Shown: positions 17,520-27,442 of the stretch, piece after piece
Layout of the letters: each line of letters opens with the position of its first letter
Position numbering within the stretch: the first letter of the stretch is position 1
Origin: Roseibacillus sp.
GTDB lineage: Bacteria > Verrucomicrobiota > Verrucomicrobiia > Verrucomicrobiales > Akkermansiaceae
Length of the DNA: 64,000 nucleotides
Reading direction: 5' to 3'
Assembly: GCA_051251855.1 (NCBI GenBank)
Contig: JBPOGI010000005.1
Location: forward strand, 128,001 to 192,000
Made by a program: the position numbers and the translations under genes
The notes under the pieces: generated by a model
The model's input: only the letters and a program-made list of their open reading frames with translations
The model's database searches: none
What the model was told of the DNA's origin: nothing

Positions 17520-18026
17520 TTAGTAGAGGGTTTTGCGAGGTTCGACGGGGGGCTTTTTGCCGTCGTTGGCGTCTTTGACTTTTTCGAAGTCGCCTTCCTC
17601 GCAGCAGCGGACGAAGCCTTCGGCATAGCACTTGAGTTTATCCCAGTGCATGCGGATGTCTTCGGATTCGTCACCGTCGATGGAGTTGTCGAGGGCGGCT
17701 TGGGAGATGCGGGTGAGGAGGACGGAGAATTGAGATACGATCTCGTTGGTGGCGGGGAGGTATTCGAAGCCTTTTTCGCAGGCTGAATCGGGATTGCGGA
17801 CAAAGTAGCCGCCGGACTGGGCGCAGATCCACTCCACGATGCGTGGGTCCTCGGTGAGACGGACGATTTCGAGGATACGGTCGAGGGGGTTGCGGGAGCC
17901 GGAACCGGTGGAGGATTGTTCCTGGGCCCACTTGTAGACGAGGGAAAGGGAGACCCCGAGCTCGGCGGCTACGGCTTTGGGTGAGGTTTCTTCAAACGCT
18001 TCCTTTAACACTTCGTGCGATTCCAT
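17520..18026 (-). CDS. Phage regulatory CII-like HTH protein
   Basis: MESHEVLK...PKAVAAELGVSLSLVYKW...NPLDR HTH followed by helical C-terminus with ALDNSIDGDE. Confidence 0.7.
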   Translation of the reverse strand: MESHEVLKEAFEETSPKAVAAELGVSLSLVYKWAQEQSSTGSGSRNPLDRILEIVRLTEDPRIVEWICAQSGGYFVRNPDSACEKGFEYLPATNEIVSQFSVLLTRISQAALDNSIDGDESEDIRMHWDKLKCYAEGFVRCCEEGDFEKVKDANDGKKPPVEPRKTLY

Positions 18027-18082
18027 ATCTATGTATTTAGCGAGAAGGGGCGGCGGGGGGAAGCAAGTTTTCGTAGCCAAAG

Positions 18083-18116
18083 AAAAAGCCAACCCTCGGA
18101 TGAGGATTGGCTTTTT
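18083..18116. terminator. Rho-independent terminator after the FKBP gene
   Basis: AAAAAGCCAA-CCCTC-GGAT-GAGGA-TTGGCTTTTT. Confidence 0.75.
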
Positions 18117-18138
18117 GAAAAGAGGGTTGGGAGGTTGC

Positions 18139-18858
18139 CTATTCAGCAGCAGCTTCCGGCGCTTCAGCTTTGGTGATTTCGAGGAGCTCGACTTCGAAGA
18201 CGAGGGTCGCTCCAGGTCCAATTTTTGGTGGAGATCCTCTTTCGCCGTAGGCGAGGTCAGAAGGAATGGTGAATTTGAACTTAGAGCCGACGGACATGAG
18301 TTGCACGCCTTCGGTCCAGCCTTTGATGACTCCGTTGAGGGGGAAGTCGATGGGCTGCCCGCGATCGACTGAGCTGTCGAAGACGGTTCCGTCAGTAAGG
18401 GTGCCGTGGTAGTGAACTTTGACGGTGTCAGCGGCAGCGGGCTTGTCGCCTTCGGCTGCGGTGAGGACTTCGTATTGGAGGCCAGACTCGGTGGTGGTGA
18501 CTCCTTCGCGTTTTCCGTTTTCATCGAGGAAGGCTTTTCCGGCAGCAGCGTTCTCAGCAGCAGCGGCGGCAGCGGCAGCCTGTTGCTTGGCCTGCACCTC
18601 TTGTTGGAACTTCATCATCACGGCCTGGGCGTCGGCGTCGGCAATTTGTGACTCAGTGCCAGCGGAAGCTTCTTTGAGGCCAGCGTGGAGAAGATCGAGG
18701 TCGAGCTCAAGGCCGTCAGCCTTCATGCTTTCTCCGATATTACGACCAATGAGGTAGGATGCCTTTTGGGTGTCGGTTTCGAGGGTCAGGTCCTCGGCGA
18801 GGCCGAGGGGCGAAAAGGCGGCCACCATTAGGCCCGCTGTCAGGAATGATTTCATCAT
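18139..18858 (-). CDS. FKBP-type peptidyl-prolyl isomerase (FkpA/Mip-like)
   Basis: Signal peptide, ASYLIG dimerisation domain, TESGLQY, VHYHGTL, FDSS, VIKGWTEG, LAYG. Confidence 0.95.
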   Translation of the reverse strand: MMKSFLTAGLMVAAFSPLGLAEDLTLETDTQKASYLIGRNIGESMKADGLELDLDLLHAGLKEASAGTESQIADADAQAVMMKFQQEVQAKQQAAAAAAAAENAAAGKAFLDENGKREGVTTTESGLQYEVLTAAEGDKPAAADTVKVHYHGTLTDGTVFDSSVDRGQPIDFPLNGVIKGWTEGVQLMSVGSKFKFTIPSDLAYGERGSPPKIGPGATLVFEVELLEITKAEAPEAAAE

Positions 18859-19039
18859 CGGCGGCACTTTCGGGGCGTTATGGGGGGCGGTCAAACCCTT
18901 ATCTGACCTTTTTCAGGAGATTTTCAGCGGGTTTTTGATGAGAAGAGAAGGTGCCGAGGGCTCTTGTTGGAGGAGGGCTTTTGTTGCAGAGAGCGACAAA
19001 AGGTTCGCCAAACTAGAGGAGAAAGAGTGCGATAACGGG

Positions 19040-19825
19040 GTGGGTGAGCCATTTTTAGAAATCGAGAAGGCGACGGTGTGGCAGGGTGATACAGAGGCTT
19101 TGCGTGGGGTCTCGTTGAACTTTCGTTTGGGGGAGAGTGTGGCGATTTTGGGGCCGAATGGGGCGGGGAAAAGCACTTTTCTGAAGTTGTTGACGGGGGA
19201 GTTGCGGCCGGCCGCAACGGAGGGGATGAGGTGTCGCTTATTTGGGGAGAAGTATTGGGATTTGGATACCTTGCGGGAGCGGGTGGGGATTGTGATGCCG
19301 GAGGAGGTGAGGCGTTTTCATCCGGAGGAGGCAGCGTTCGATGTGGTGTTGTCTTCCTTGCGAGGGGCTTATGGGCGGACGCGACAGATGCGGTTTTCGC
19401 AAGCGGATCGAGAGGCGGCGGTGAGGGCGATTGAGCGAGTGGGGATGGGTGGGTGTATTGAAAAGGATTTTGGTGGGTTGTCGTCGGGGGAGCAGCGTCG
19501 CTTTCTGATTGCGCGGGCGCTGGTGCACGAGCCGGAGGTGATTGTGCTCGATGAGCCTTCGACGGCGTTAGACTTTTCGGCGGCGCTGACGTTGAGCGAG
19601 CTTTTGCGAGGGTTGGCGCGAGAGGGACAGACGCTGGTGTGGGTGACCCATCATCCGGGAGAGATTCCTCCGGAGGTTCAGCGGGTTGTTCTCCTGAAGG
19701 AGGGGAAGGTTTTTCGAGATGGGAAAAAGGAGCAGGTGATCGCGAGTGGGTGTTTGAGTGAGCTCTACGGCTTATCGTTGAAGGTGGCGTGGAATAAAGG
19801 TTGGTGTCAGGCGCGGGTAGCGTGA
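19040..19825 (+). CDS. ABC transporter ATP-binding protein (ModF-like)
   Basis: GPNGAGKST, LSSGEQRR, LDEP, VTHH. Confidence 0.9.
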   Translation: MGEPFLEIEKATVWQGDTEALRGVSLNFRLGESVAILGPNGAGKSTFLKLLTGELRPAATEGMRCRLFGEKYWDLDTLRERVGIVMPEEVRRFHPEEAAFDVVLSSLRGAYGRTRQMRFSQADREAAVRAIERVGMGGCIEKDFGGLSSGEQRRFLIARALVHEPEVIVLDEPSTALDFSAALTLSELLRGLAREGQTLVWVTHHPGEIPPEVQRVVLLKEGKVFRDGKKEQVIASGCLSELYGLSLKVAWNKGWCQARVA

Positions 19826-19936
19826 GTTTATGCTATTTCTCGTAGTCGGAGGTTGGGATGCTTCGCCGTAGCATCCGCTTCTTGAGTAGTCAGAGTCTGG
19901 CTCTTTGCGGACTTCTCGGCGAGACGTCCCTACCGT

Positions 19937-20791
19937 TTAGAGGATGTCGGAGACGAAGCTTTCGCGTTGGAAGGGCTGGAACTTGTTGGGTTCCTCGCCG
20001 GTGCCGATGAAGAGGGGAGTGATGCCGAGTTCCTGCTGGATGGAGACGGCAATGCCGCCTTTGCCGGAGCCGTCGAGCTTGGTGACAATGAGGCCGTCGA
20101 GTTTGGCTGCTTTGTTAAATTCTTTCGCTTGTGCAAGGGCGTTGGAGCCGGTGCTGGCATCGACGACGAGGATCGTTTTGTGGGGGGCGGTTTCGTCTTG
20201 CTTGGAGAGGGTGCGGCGGATTTTGCCGAGTTCTTCCATGAGGTTGTGACGGGTGTGGAGGCGGCCGGCGGTGTCGCAGATGAGGTATTCGGCACCCTCG
20301 GCAATGGCGGCTTCGTGTGCTTTGTAGCAGACGGAGGCGGGGTCGGCTTGGTGTTGTCCGACGGTGATGGGGAGATCGAGACGCTGAGCCCAAGATTGAA
20401 GTTGTTCGACGGCGGCGGCACGGAAGGTGTCGGCAGCTGCGACGCGAACGGTGTGACCGTAGACGCTGAGGAGGTGGCCGAGTTTGGCGGTGGAAGTGGT
20501 TTTACCGGTGCCGTTGACACCGACGATGAGAAGGACGGTAGGTTTGCCGGATTCTTGCAGGGCGGGGGGGAAGGCTTGATCTTCGGGAAAGACTTTGGAG
20601 ATGTGGCCGCGGGTGGTGGTGACGACGTCTTCGGCGGTGATATCGCGACCGAGTCCGCGCAACTCGTCGACAATGGTCATGGTGAGCCGGGGGCCGAGGT
20701 CGGCGGCGATGAGGTCGGCCTCGAGTTCGTCCCAGTCGATCTCGGCCTTGTTGGTGACTTTGTTGAAGAGATTTTTGAAGAAGCCTGCCAT
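19937..20791 (-). CDS. ftsY: Signal recognition particle receptor FtsY
   Basis: GVNGTGKTT, DTFRAAA, DTAGR, TKLDGSGKGG. Confidence 0.96.
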   Translation of the reverse strand: MAGFFKNLFNKVTNKAEIDWDELEADLIAADLGPRLTMTIVDELRGLGRDITAEDVVTTTRGHISKVFPEDQAFPPALQESGKPTVLLIVGVNGTGKTTSTAKLGHLLSVYGHTVRVAAADTFRAAAVEQLQSWAQRLDLPITVGQHQADPASVCYKAHEAAIAEGAEYLICDTAGRLHTRHNLMEELGKIRRTLSKQDETAPHKTILVVDASTGSNALAQAKEFNKAAKLDGLIVTKLDGSGKGGIAVSIQQELGITPLFIGTGEEPNKFQPFQRESFVSDIL

Positions 20792-20931
20792 GTGGGGGGA
20801 GCCTCTTGAATCCAGAGTCCAGAGTCCAGACTTGGTTTGGAGAATGTGGGGGAGGGGTATTTTTAACCGCAGAGTCGCAGAGGACGCTGAGGAACGCGGA
20901 GTTAAGAAAAATGAGTTTTTTTGAGGTTGGG

Positions 20932-21047
20932 ACTGGGAGCGCTGGTCTTTTACCGGCCCCGTTGGCTCGTTGTTTCGGACCGTTGTTTCGGACCGGTGGG
21001 GCCCCGACTCTGTCGGGGGAACCCGGTCGAAGACCAGCGCTCCCAGT
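20932..21047. repeat. REP/BIME-like element with 18-bp perfect terminal inverted repeats
   Basis: ACTGGGAGCGCTGGTCTT ... AAGACCAGCGCTCCCAGT; internal tandem duplication CGTTGTTTCGGAC x2. Confidence 0.75.
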
Positions 21048-21056
21048 GGACGATTC

Positions 21057-21815
21057 TTATTTACTCAGTTCTTTGCGAAGGGCGCCGGGGCGGTCGGTGG
21101 TGATGGTTTGAGTGCAGTAGCCGACGAAGCGGCGGGCGGTTTTGGCATCGTTGATGGTCCAGACGTGGTGAGAGTAGCCGGCACTACGGAGGCGATTGAC
21201 GAACTTTTTGTTTACGGCGCGATGGGTGTTGGTGGAGAGGCCGTCGGCTCCGGTGGCTTTGAGCAGGGCGAGGGTTTTGTCGGCGGAGGGAGAAAGGCCC
21301 CAGCGCTTGCGGTTGTGGGAGATGATGAGGCTGGTGTAGCAATCGGGGCAGGCTTTTTTCCAGGCAGTGACGAAGTCGGCATCGAAGGAGATAACGACGA
21401 TTTGGTCGGGTTGGAGGCTGCTCGCGGCGAGAGCTTTTTTAAGAGGAGCGACCATTTCGGGTCCGGTTTTGACCTCGATGAAGATTTTCTTCTTCTCGGG
21501 AATGGTGGCGAGGACTTGTGCGAGAGTGGGGATGCGGGTGCCGGCGAATTTCTTGCTCTTCCAGCTGCCGACATCAAGGGCTTGCAGTTGAGCGAGGGTG
21601 GATTGGGCGACGGAGAGCTTTTTGCTGGAGACTTTCTCGGTGTCTTCGTCGTGAATGCAGACAATGTGGCCGTCTTTGGTAAGCTGAAAGTCGCCTTCAA
21701 TGGCGTCGGCTCCTTGCTGCCAAGCGAGTTCGAATGCGGGCAGGGTGTTCTCGGGGGCATCGGCAGAAGCTCCGCGGTGGGCGACGATGAAGAAGGCGAT
21801 GATGAGTTCGACCAT
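21057..21815 (-). CDS. Glycerophosphodiester phosphodiesterase
   Basis: AHRGAS...PENT, EGD, IHD, IEVK, VWTIN motifs. Confidence 0.93.
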   Translation of the reverse strand: MVELIIAFFIVAHRGASADAPENTLPAFELAWQQGADAIEGDFQLTKDGHIVCIHDEDTEKVSSKKLSVAQSTLAQLQALDVGSWKSKKFAGTRIPTLAQVLATIPEKKKIFIEVKTGPEMVAPLKKALAASSLQPDQIVVISFDADFVTAWKKACPDCYTSLIISHNRKRWGLSPSADKTLALLKATGADGLSTNTHRAVNKKFVNRLRSAGYSHHVWTINDAKTARRFVGYCTQTITTDRPGALRKELSK

Positions 21816-21902
21816 GATGTAGGAGCGAGGGTGGACTGGGTTTTGGGCAAAAAAATGGAAATTTTTGTCACCTCATAGGGGTGGGTTTGCTCTTCTCAGG
21901 TA

Positions 21903-24557
21903 ATGGCAACTGGTGTGGATGAGGTTCGTGAGCTGGCTTTGGTGCAAAAAGCGCGAGGCGGGGATGAGCGTGCCTTTGTGGAATTGGTGGGAGTCTATCA
22001 GAATCTGGTGACCTCGGTGACGCTATCGGTATTGGGGGAACGGACCTTGAGCGAGGATGCGGCGCAGGAGGCTTTTGTGCGGGCGTGGAAGAGCTTGGGA
22101 CAGTTGCGGGAGGAGAAAAAGTTTCGGCCCTGGCTCATGGCAATCGCACGGCGCAGTGCTTTGCGGATGCTCTCGGAGCGGAAGGGGACGAAGGTAAATT
22201 TAGTGGGTGAAGAAGAGTCGGGGCCAAGGCCTGATGAGTTGGCGGCGCGGAGTGATGACTTGGAGTTGGTGATGTCGAGCTTGGCGGGTTTGCCGGAGAA
22301 GTATCGCCTGCCGATGATTTTGTTTTATCGTGAAGGAGAGTCGGTGGCAGTGGTGGCGGCGAAATTGGATTTGCGACCAGATGCGGTGAAGCAGCGTTTG
22401 AAGCGGGGGAGGGATTTATTGCGGGAGAAGGTGGAGTCGCGGATGGCGCGAGCCTTACGCATGTCGGCTCCGGGGACTGTGTTTACAGTGGGGGTTGCGA
22501 CGATGGTTTCTCAGGTGGGGGGTGCCGGGACGGCGGTTGCTGCGGGAGCGGCAGGAAAAGTTTTTGTCACCTCGGGCTCGGCAGCAGGCACTTCATCAGT
22601 AGCCAGTGGGGCGACGATGATGAGTTCGAAATTTTCTACTATTACAGCAGTAGCAGTGGTGCTCGTGGCAGTGCCAGTGGGCTATGGAGTGCGGGAAGCC
22701 ATTACACAAGGAGAGCCGAGTAAGGCGGTAGTGCCTTCGGTTGTTAGAGAGAGGGACGCGGGGGCGTTGGAGGTGCTTCGCAAGAGGCCGCTACCCCCTA
22801 GCCAAGTGGTGGATGAATGGGAGCGGCTGTTAGAGGCGCACGGGAGGACTGGGGCTGGGATGGCGGCCATCCATGAAGAAGTGAGTGAGTTAGAGGTGGG
22901 CTTTGTGCGGAAGGCGTTGAGGAGTGTTGTGGTTACGGAGTGGGTAAGGTTAGATGCGAGGGGAGGCTTTGAGGCGCTCTTCAACGGTCGGGATAGGGAG
23001 AGTAGATACCTGTTTCTGGAAGAGTGGATGAAGGCGAATCCAAGCGAGGCTTTGGAGGCTACGGTGTCTTGGGTGAAGGCTGATTCGGACCGGATGTTTC
23101 CGTTAGGAGCGGCGCTCATCCTAGCGGAAAGGTCGCCGGAACTTTTTATGGATGCTTTGTTGCAGCTACCCGACCAGCTGGCATCGAGTGGTTCGGCCAC
23201 TGAAGGGTTGGCTCTGATTGCGAGTCAAAGACCCTTAGAGTTAAGGGATGTCGCTATGAGGCTGGACGAAGGTCCCCGGCGGGAGGTGCTGGCGCCGGCG
23301 TTGAAGGGTTGGGGGGAGTTCGCTCCGTTGGCGGCCTTAGATTGGATCAAGTCGAATGAGGCCGAGGACGAAAGGATTCAATCGAATCGGTTCTTTTGGG
23401 TGACTGAGGGGTGGTCTAAAGAAAGGCCGAGGGAATTCTTAGCAAAATTGAATTCGATTTGTGAGGCAGGTCCGAAGGGGTGGAAACGGGAGGTTCTTTA
23501 TTCGAGGCTGGCGACGATGGCTCTGGCGGAGTTGGCGAAGGAAGACTTGGAGGAAGCTTTCCGCTGGTGGGGAAAGCATAGAGATGAAGTGAGTATCAAT
23601 CAGGGCCATCATAAGATGACTGCTGTCATTCGTGAGGAGGTGACTCGCAATCCTAGAAGAATGATTGGGATTTTGGATGAGTATGATTTGTTAGCTGAAA
23701 CAAGAACCTTGTTTAATAACACGGGGAACACTTCTGATTTGGGTGCCAAGTGGCAGGAGTTAGGGGAAGCGGTGAAAGAGGTGGAGCGGAGTGGTGGGCG
23801 GGATCGGTTAGTGAGGTCGGTGGCGTTGGAGTTGCAGGAGCGCTCTCCTGATGAGGCGATCGCTTTTGTAGAACTTGCCGATGGAGGGCTAAAGGATTCG
23901 TGGGCTAGAAAAAGCGTGGCAAGCAAAATGGTGGGGCAGGATGTGAATTTGAAACGGGTCGAGGAGTTGGTCCGGAAATTTCCTAAGTGGAGAAACGACT
24001 TTCAAGCGGAGGGGTTGCAGAAGGTCTTAGTGAAGAGTCGAGAGAGCTGGGGTGAGTTGAATTATCGGGAATGGATTCCCATGTTTGAGGAATTGGCTGC
24101 AAGGGATTACTTTGAGGGGTTCAATGACTATCAGCCCTTTATGCTTCATTTTGGAGGGCCCTATCTGGCGGAGGAGCCAGAGGCTGCCTTGAGTTGGATG
24201 CACGGAGTGATGGAGGGGCGAATGGACGCAAATATTGAGGACAATTTTGTGGGGCAGGCTATCGGAATGTGGCTGAAGGAGGAGCCAGAGCGAGCGATGG
24301 CTTGGGCTTCTGAAAAAGGTCTCGAGACGTTTTCGGATGAAGTGTTGGATGGAATGACTTGGGGGGTGGAACGAGAGGAAGTGGGCTTGCCGTTCTTCTG
24401 GAAGATTTTTGAGGCATCTGAGCCGGGAGGGAGCAGAGTCAATATGGTATACTCGCTGGTAGAAGACCTTGGAGTTGAGAAAGTGCGCGCGGGCCTGGAG
24501 GGAATTGAGTTGACGGCAAAGGAGCAAGCAATAGTGGAGGTTTTTTTGAAACGATGA
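21903..24557 (+). CDS. ECF sigma-70 factor fused to a TM segment and a large C-terminal repeat domain
   Basis: sigma2 (EDAAQEAFVRAW...FRPWL) and sigma4 (LPEKYR...VKQRLKRGR), hydrophobic helix, then W-x3-(D/N/E)P-x2-A helical repeats. Confidence 0.85.
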   Translation: MATGVDEVRELALVQKARGGDERAFVELVGVYQNLVTSVTLSVLGERTLSEDAAQEAFVRAWKSLGQLREEKKFRPWLMAIARRSALRMLSERKGTKVNLVGEEESGPRPDELAARSDDLELVMSSLAGLPEKYRLPMILFYREGESVAVVAAKLDLRPDAVKQRLKRGRDLLREKVESRMARALRMSAPGTVFTVGVATMVSQVGGAGTAVAAGAAGKVFVTSGSAAGTSSVASGATMMSSKFSTITAVAVVLVAVPVGYGVREAITQGEPSKAVVPSVVRERDAGALEVLRKRPLPPSQVVDEWERLLEAHGRTGAGMAAIHEEVSELEVGFVRKALRSVVVTEWVRLDARGGFEALFNGRDRESRYLFLEEWMKANPSEALEATVSWVKADSDRMFPLGAALILAERSPELFMDALLQLPDQLASSGSATEGLALIASQRPLELRDVAMRLDEGPRREVLAPALKGWGEFAPLAALDWIKSNEAEDERIQSNRFFWVTEGWSKERPREFLAKLNSICEAGPKGWKREVLYSRLATMALAELAKEDLEEAFRWWGKHRDEVSINQGHHKMTAVIREEVTRNPRRMIGILDEYDLLAETRTLFNNTGNTSDLGAKWQELGEAVKEVERSGGRDRLVRSVALELQERSPDEAIAFVELADGGLKDSWARKSVASKMVGQDVNLKRVEELVRKFPKWRNDFQAEGLQKVLVKSRESWGELNYREWIPMFEELAARDYFEGFNDYQPFMLHFGGPYLAEEPEAALSWMHGVMEGRMDANIEDNFVGQAIGMWLKEEPERAMAWASEKGLETFSDEVLDGMTWGVEREEVGLPFFWKIFEASEPGGSRVNMVYSLVEDLGVEKVRAGLEGIELTAKEQAIVEVFLKR

Positions 24558-26287
24558 GAGCGTTCTTCATGGGAAATCAGGGGAGGTTCTTACTCTTGGG
24601 ATTGCTGGCTTTGGCGGTTGGTTATTTTTGGAGTCTGGTGGGGAGTGAGAGCCGAATCGGTGCAAGCGGAAAGAGAGTGGCTGCCACTAAGTCGGAGTCA
24701 GGTAAAAAGAGTGGTCAGCGGAGTTCGGTGATTCAAGGGCTGACGCGTTTGCAGCGGTCCGAAGGAGGTGGGGAGAATTGGCTGCGCTGGGTGGCAGAGT
24801 TGGAGAACGCGGAGCAGGCTGATATGCTGCGCTTTCTTGAGCATCTCCCGGAGCGCAGTGGGTTGGCACTGGATTTATTGGTCGAGCGTTGGATGGAGTT
24901 GGGGCCTGAAGAGGCTTTCGAGTATTTAGCCAAGCGCTTCGAGGATGGTGAGATGGAGATGGAGTATAACGGAAACGAGATGCAGCTTTCGCGTAAATTA
25001 GTTCGACTGTGGGCTGAGCGGGATGTGGAAGAAGCATTGGCGGCGGTTGAGGGCGTGGAAGCCTTTCCTCATTTGGAGCGGATTTATCGGGATTTGATGG
25101 TACGGTTGTGCAAAGTCGATCCAGAGCGTGGATTACGCTTTGCCCTCAAGCAGGGACTGAATCGGGGTGGCTATGCTTTTTCGCTGGGAGGGAAGGAGCT
25201 GAGGCAGCTGATTGATAAAGATCCTAAGATGGCGGGAGAATTGATATTCAAATGGAGCGAAAGGACTACAGAGGAGGCGAGGAGTGAGCTGGTTAAAAGG
25301 TGGGGAGAGAACAATCCCATGGAAGCGATTCGCTTTGGTTTGGAGCGAGGAGATTCGATTGGGGGAACTTTTGCGGATGAGGTCTTTGTGGCGTGGGCTC
25401 AGAAGGACTATGAGGGTGCTTCGGCTTGGGTGGCGGAAGAGGCGAGTGACGAGGAGGCGGACTTGTTTATCGCTCCTCTGGTGGATGTGTGGGGTAAAAA
25501 AGAGCCAGTGACGGCGTTGAAGTGGGCGGAAGAGCAGTTGACAGAATCTGCTTTGGAAGAGTCGGTGACGCGTTTGGTTGTTGGTGCCATTGACCGCAAG
25601 GATGTCAATGCAGGCGAATTGCTGCAGATTGTGGAGTCGCGGGAGCTTCATCAACAGGCGGCGGAGGCCTTGGCCAAGGAGTTGCGAGAAGTGAGTAATC
25701 GAAGCTCGGACAGGAATCGGGAGAAGCTGTTAGAGAAGCTAGCGTGGTTTGATCATATCACCGATGCAAAGACTTTGAACGGGGTGTTCGCTGACCTGAT
25801 GAGTGTGGCTAGGCAGACAAATTCGGAGTGGCTGGAAGACTTTGTGCGGAGTGAGAGAATGGGTGCTTTGGACCGCAATCATGCGCCTTTGGTGCTGTGG
25901 GAACTCGCTGATGCAAAAGACTTTGAGAAGAGCTTGGATATGGTGGAGTTCGTAGCCGAGAAGCATCGTGACGAGTGTTTTACCGGCATGGTGGAGAGGT
26001 GGTTTTCGCGGGAACCGGAAAAGTCTTCCGCTTGGTTGGAGAAGAAGGGGGTGACTCCGATTCAGCGGAGTATGTTGAGTGAAATGATGGTGCAGAGGTT
26101 CTTTTCGGGAGTGGCTGAGGATGACTTGAAGGCGATTCGGGAGAAGGCTCAGACTTATCCTGAATTCATGAAGGAGTTCGTTCGCGAAGGCGTTAGAAAA
26201 CATCAGATGTTGGCAGAGGAGGAAGGTTACGATGATGAGGCTTCCCCCCAGATGATGAAGGATGTTCTACAGGCGCTCTCTGAGTGA
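24554..26287 (+). CDS. Membrane-anchored hypothetical protein with W-x3-DP-x2-A helical repeats
   Basis: ATGA overlap with the sigma gene; N-terminal TM; repeats such as WGENNPMEAIRF and WGKKEPVTALKW. Confidence 0.75.
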   Translation: MRAFFMGNQGRFLLLGLLALAVGYFWSLVGSESRIGASGKRVAATKSESGKKSGQRSSVIQGLTRLQRSEGGGENWLRWVAELENAEQADMLRFLEHLPERSGLALDLLVERWMELGPEEAFEYLAKRFEDGEMEMEYNGNEMQLSRKLVRLWAERDVEEALAAVEGVEAFPHLERIYRDLMVRLCKVDPERGLRFALKQGLNRGGYAFSLGGKELRQLIDKDPKMAGELIFKWSERTTEEARSELVKRWGENNPMEAIRFGLERGDSIGGTFADEVFVAWAQKDYEGASAWVAEEASDEEADLFIAPLVDVWGKKEPVTALKWAEEQLTESALEESVTRLVVGAIDRKDVNAGELLQIVESRELHQQAAEALAKELREVSNRSSDRNREKLLEKLAWFDHITDAKTLNGVFADLMSVARQTNSEWLEDFVRSERMGALDRNHAPLVLWELADAKDFEKSLDMVEFVAEKHRDECFTGMVERWFSREPEKSSAWLEKKGVTPIQRSMLSEMMVQRFFSGVAEDDLKAIREKAQTYPEFMKEFVREGVRKHQMLAEEEGYDDEASPQMMKDVLQALSE

Positions 26288-26387
26288 AGGTTTGGCGGGG
26301 GACGAGTTCAAATGTTCTAAGGGAGGGGAGATGGAGAGTTTTTTTGTCCTTGGCTTATGGTGTCTTCGTTGCTGATGTTTTGAGGTT

Positions 26388-26618
26388 ATGAAAAAGGTCG
26401 TCTTAGTTTGCTTTTGCCTAGGATTGGTGGGGTGTGCAATGATGGACAAGCCTTCTGAGAAGGTGGAAAGTCCTCAGGTGTTTAAAAATGTGGACGGACA
26501 TTGGTCCTTTGAGAATGAGAGTCAGGTCAAGAAGCGGAAGAAAAAGAGTGACTGGGTCAAAGTGGAAGAGGCTCTTCAGCAACAGCGGAACCAGTTACCA
26601 AATTCGGAATATCACTGA
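26388..26618 (+). CDS. Small lipoprotein
   Basis: MKKVVLVCFCLGLVGC lipobox; GAGG RBS upstream. Confidence 0.65.
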   Translation: MKKVVLVCFCLGLVGCAMMDKPSEKVESPQVFKNVDGHWSFENESQVKKRKKKSDWVKVEEALQQQRNQLPNSEYH

Positions 26619-26648
26619 GAATGGGATGAGGGCTTGATGTCGGGGCAT

Positions 26649-26677
26649 AAAAAAGAGCGGCTGGATAGCCGCTCTTT
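26649..26677. terminator. Rho-independent terminator between convergent genes
   Basis: AAAAAAGAGCGGCT-GGAT-AGCCGCTCTTT. Confidence 0.8.
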
Positions 26678-26704
26678 CGAAAGATGAGAGTGAAGGGAGG
26701 AAGA

Positions 26705-27442
26705 CTAGAGTTCCTTCAGGTAGAGATTTTTCCAGAGGATGTCGCCGGATTTGCCGCTATGGACTTGGAGGGCGATGAAGCCCTTGAGGGTGGTGTGTTC
26801 TTCGTCGGTGTCGGTGAAGTTGGCACGTTGCTCACCATTGAGCCAGGTCTGGAGTTGGTTGCCTTGGCATTTGATGACGATGGTGTTCCAGCCGTCCCAC
26901 TTGAAGAGTTTTTCGCCTTGGGCGGTAAAGGCGGCCTTTTCGTCGTCGGTAGCGTTCTTGGCAGGATCGAGCCAGCCGCGACGAGCTTCGTCAAAGATGC
27001 CGGCGGTCCAAGAGCGTTGCACGGCTTTGAAGTTATCGTGCTCGCACTGGTAACCGGTGACGCGGCCATCGGGGTCCTTTTCGGTGGGTTCCTTGTGAAG
27101 TCCGCGGAACATGCAGCCGGAGTTGCCGGTCTTGTCGTTGAATTTGAATTGGAAGGCGAAGATGAAGTCGCCGAATTCGTCTTCGGTGCGGAGGAAGGTG
27201 TTGCCTTTGACGTCTTTGCCAAAGCCTCGGATGGAGTCGCCTTTGGGCTCATACTCGGCGGTGCCACCGGTCTTGCGCCAACCGGTGAGGTCCTTGCCGT
27301 TGAAGAGATTTTTGAAGCCATCTTTCTCAAGAGCGGCGGTGTCGACTGCGGAAGGAAGGCCGGCTGGCAGTACGGGAGCTTCTTTGTGGTGGTCGGCGAT
27401 GGCGGGAGCTGCGAGAAGCAGCGTGAGGAGGAGTGATTTCAT
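26705..27442 (-). CDS. DUF1080 / 3-keto-disaccharide hydrolase family protein
   Basis: LFNGKDLTGW, NSG, GYQCE, WN, GFIALQVH motifs; signal peptide. Confidence 0.92.
   Translation of the reverse strand: MKSLLLTLLLAAPAIADHHKEAPVLPAGLPSAVDTAALEKDGFKNLFNGKDLTGWRKTGGTAEYEPKGDSIRGFGKDVKGNTFLRTEDEFGDFIFAFQFKFNDKTGNSGCMFRGLHKEPTEKDPDGRVTGYQCEHDNFKAVQRSWTAGIFDEARRGWLDPAKNATDDEKAAFTAQGEKLFKWDGWNTIVIKCQGNQLQTWLNGEQRANFTDTDEEHTTLKGFIALQVHSGKSGDILWKNLYLKEL

Noticed and set aside
17520..18026. Prophage
   Set aside because: No integrase, structural or replication genes nearby.
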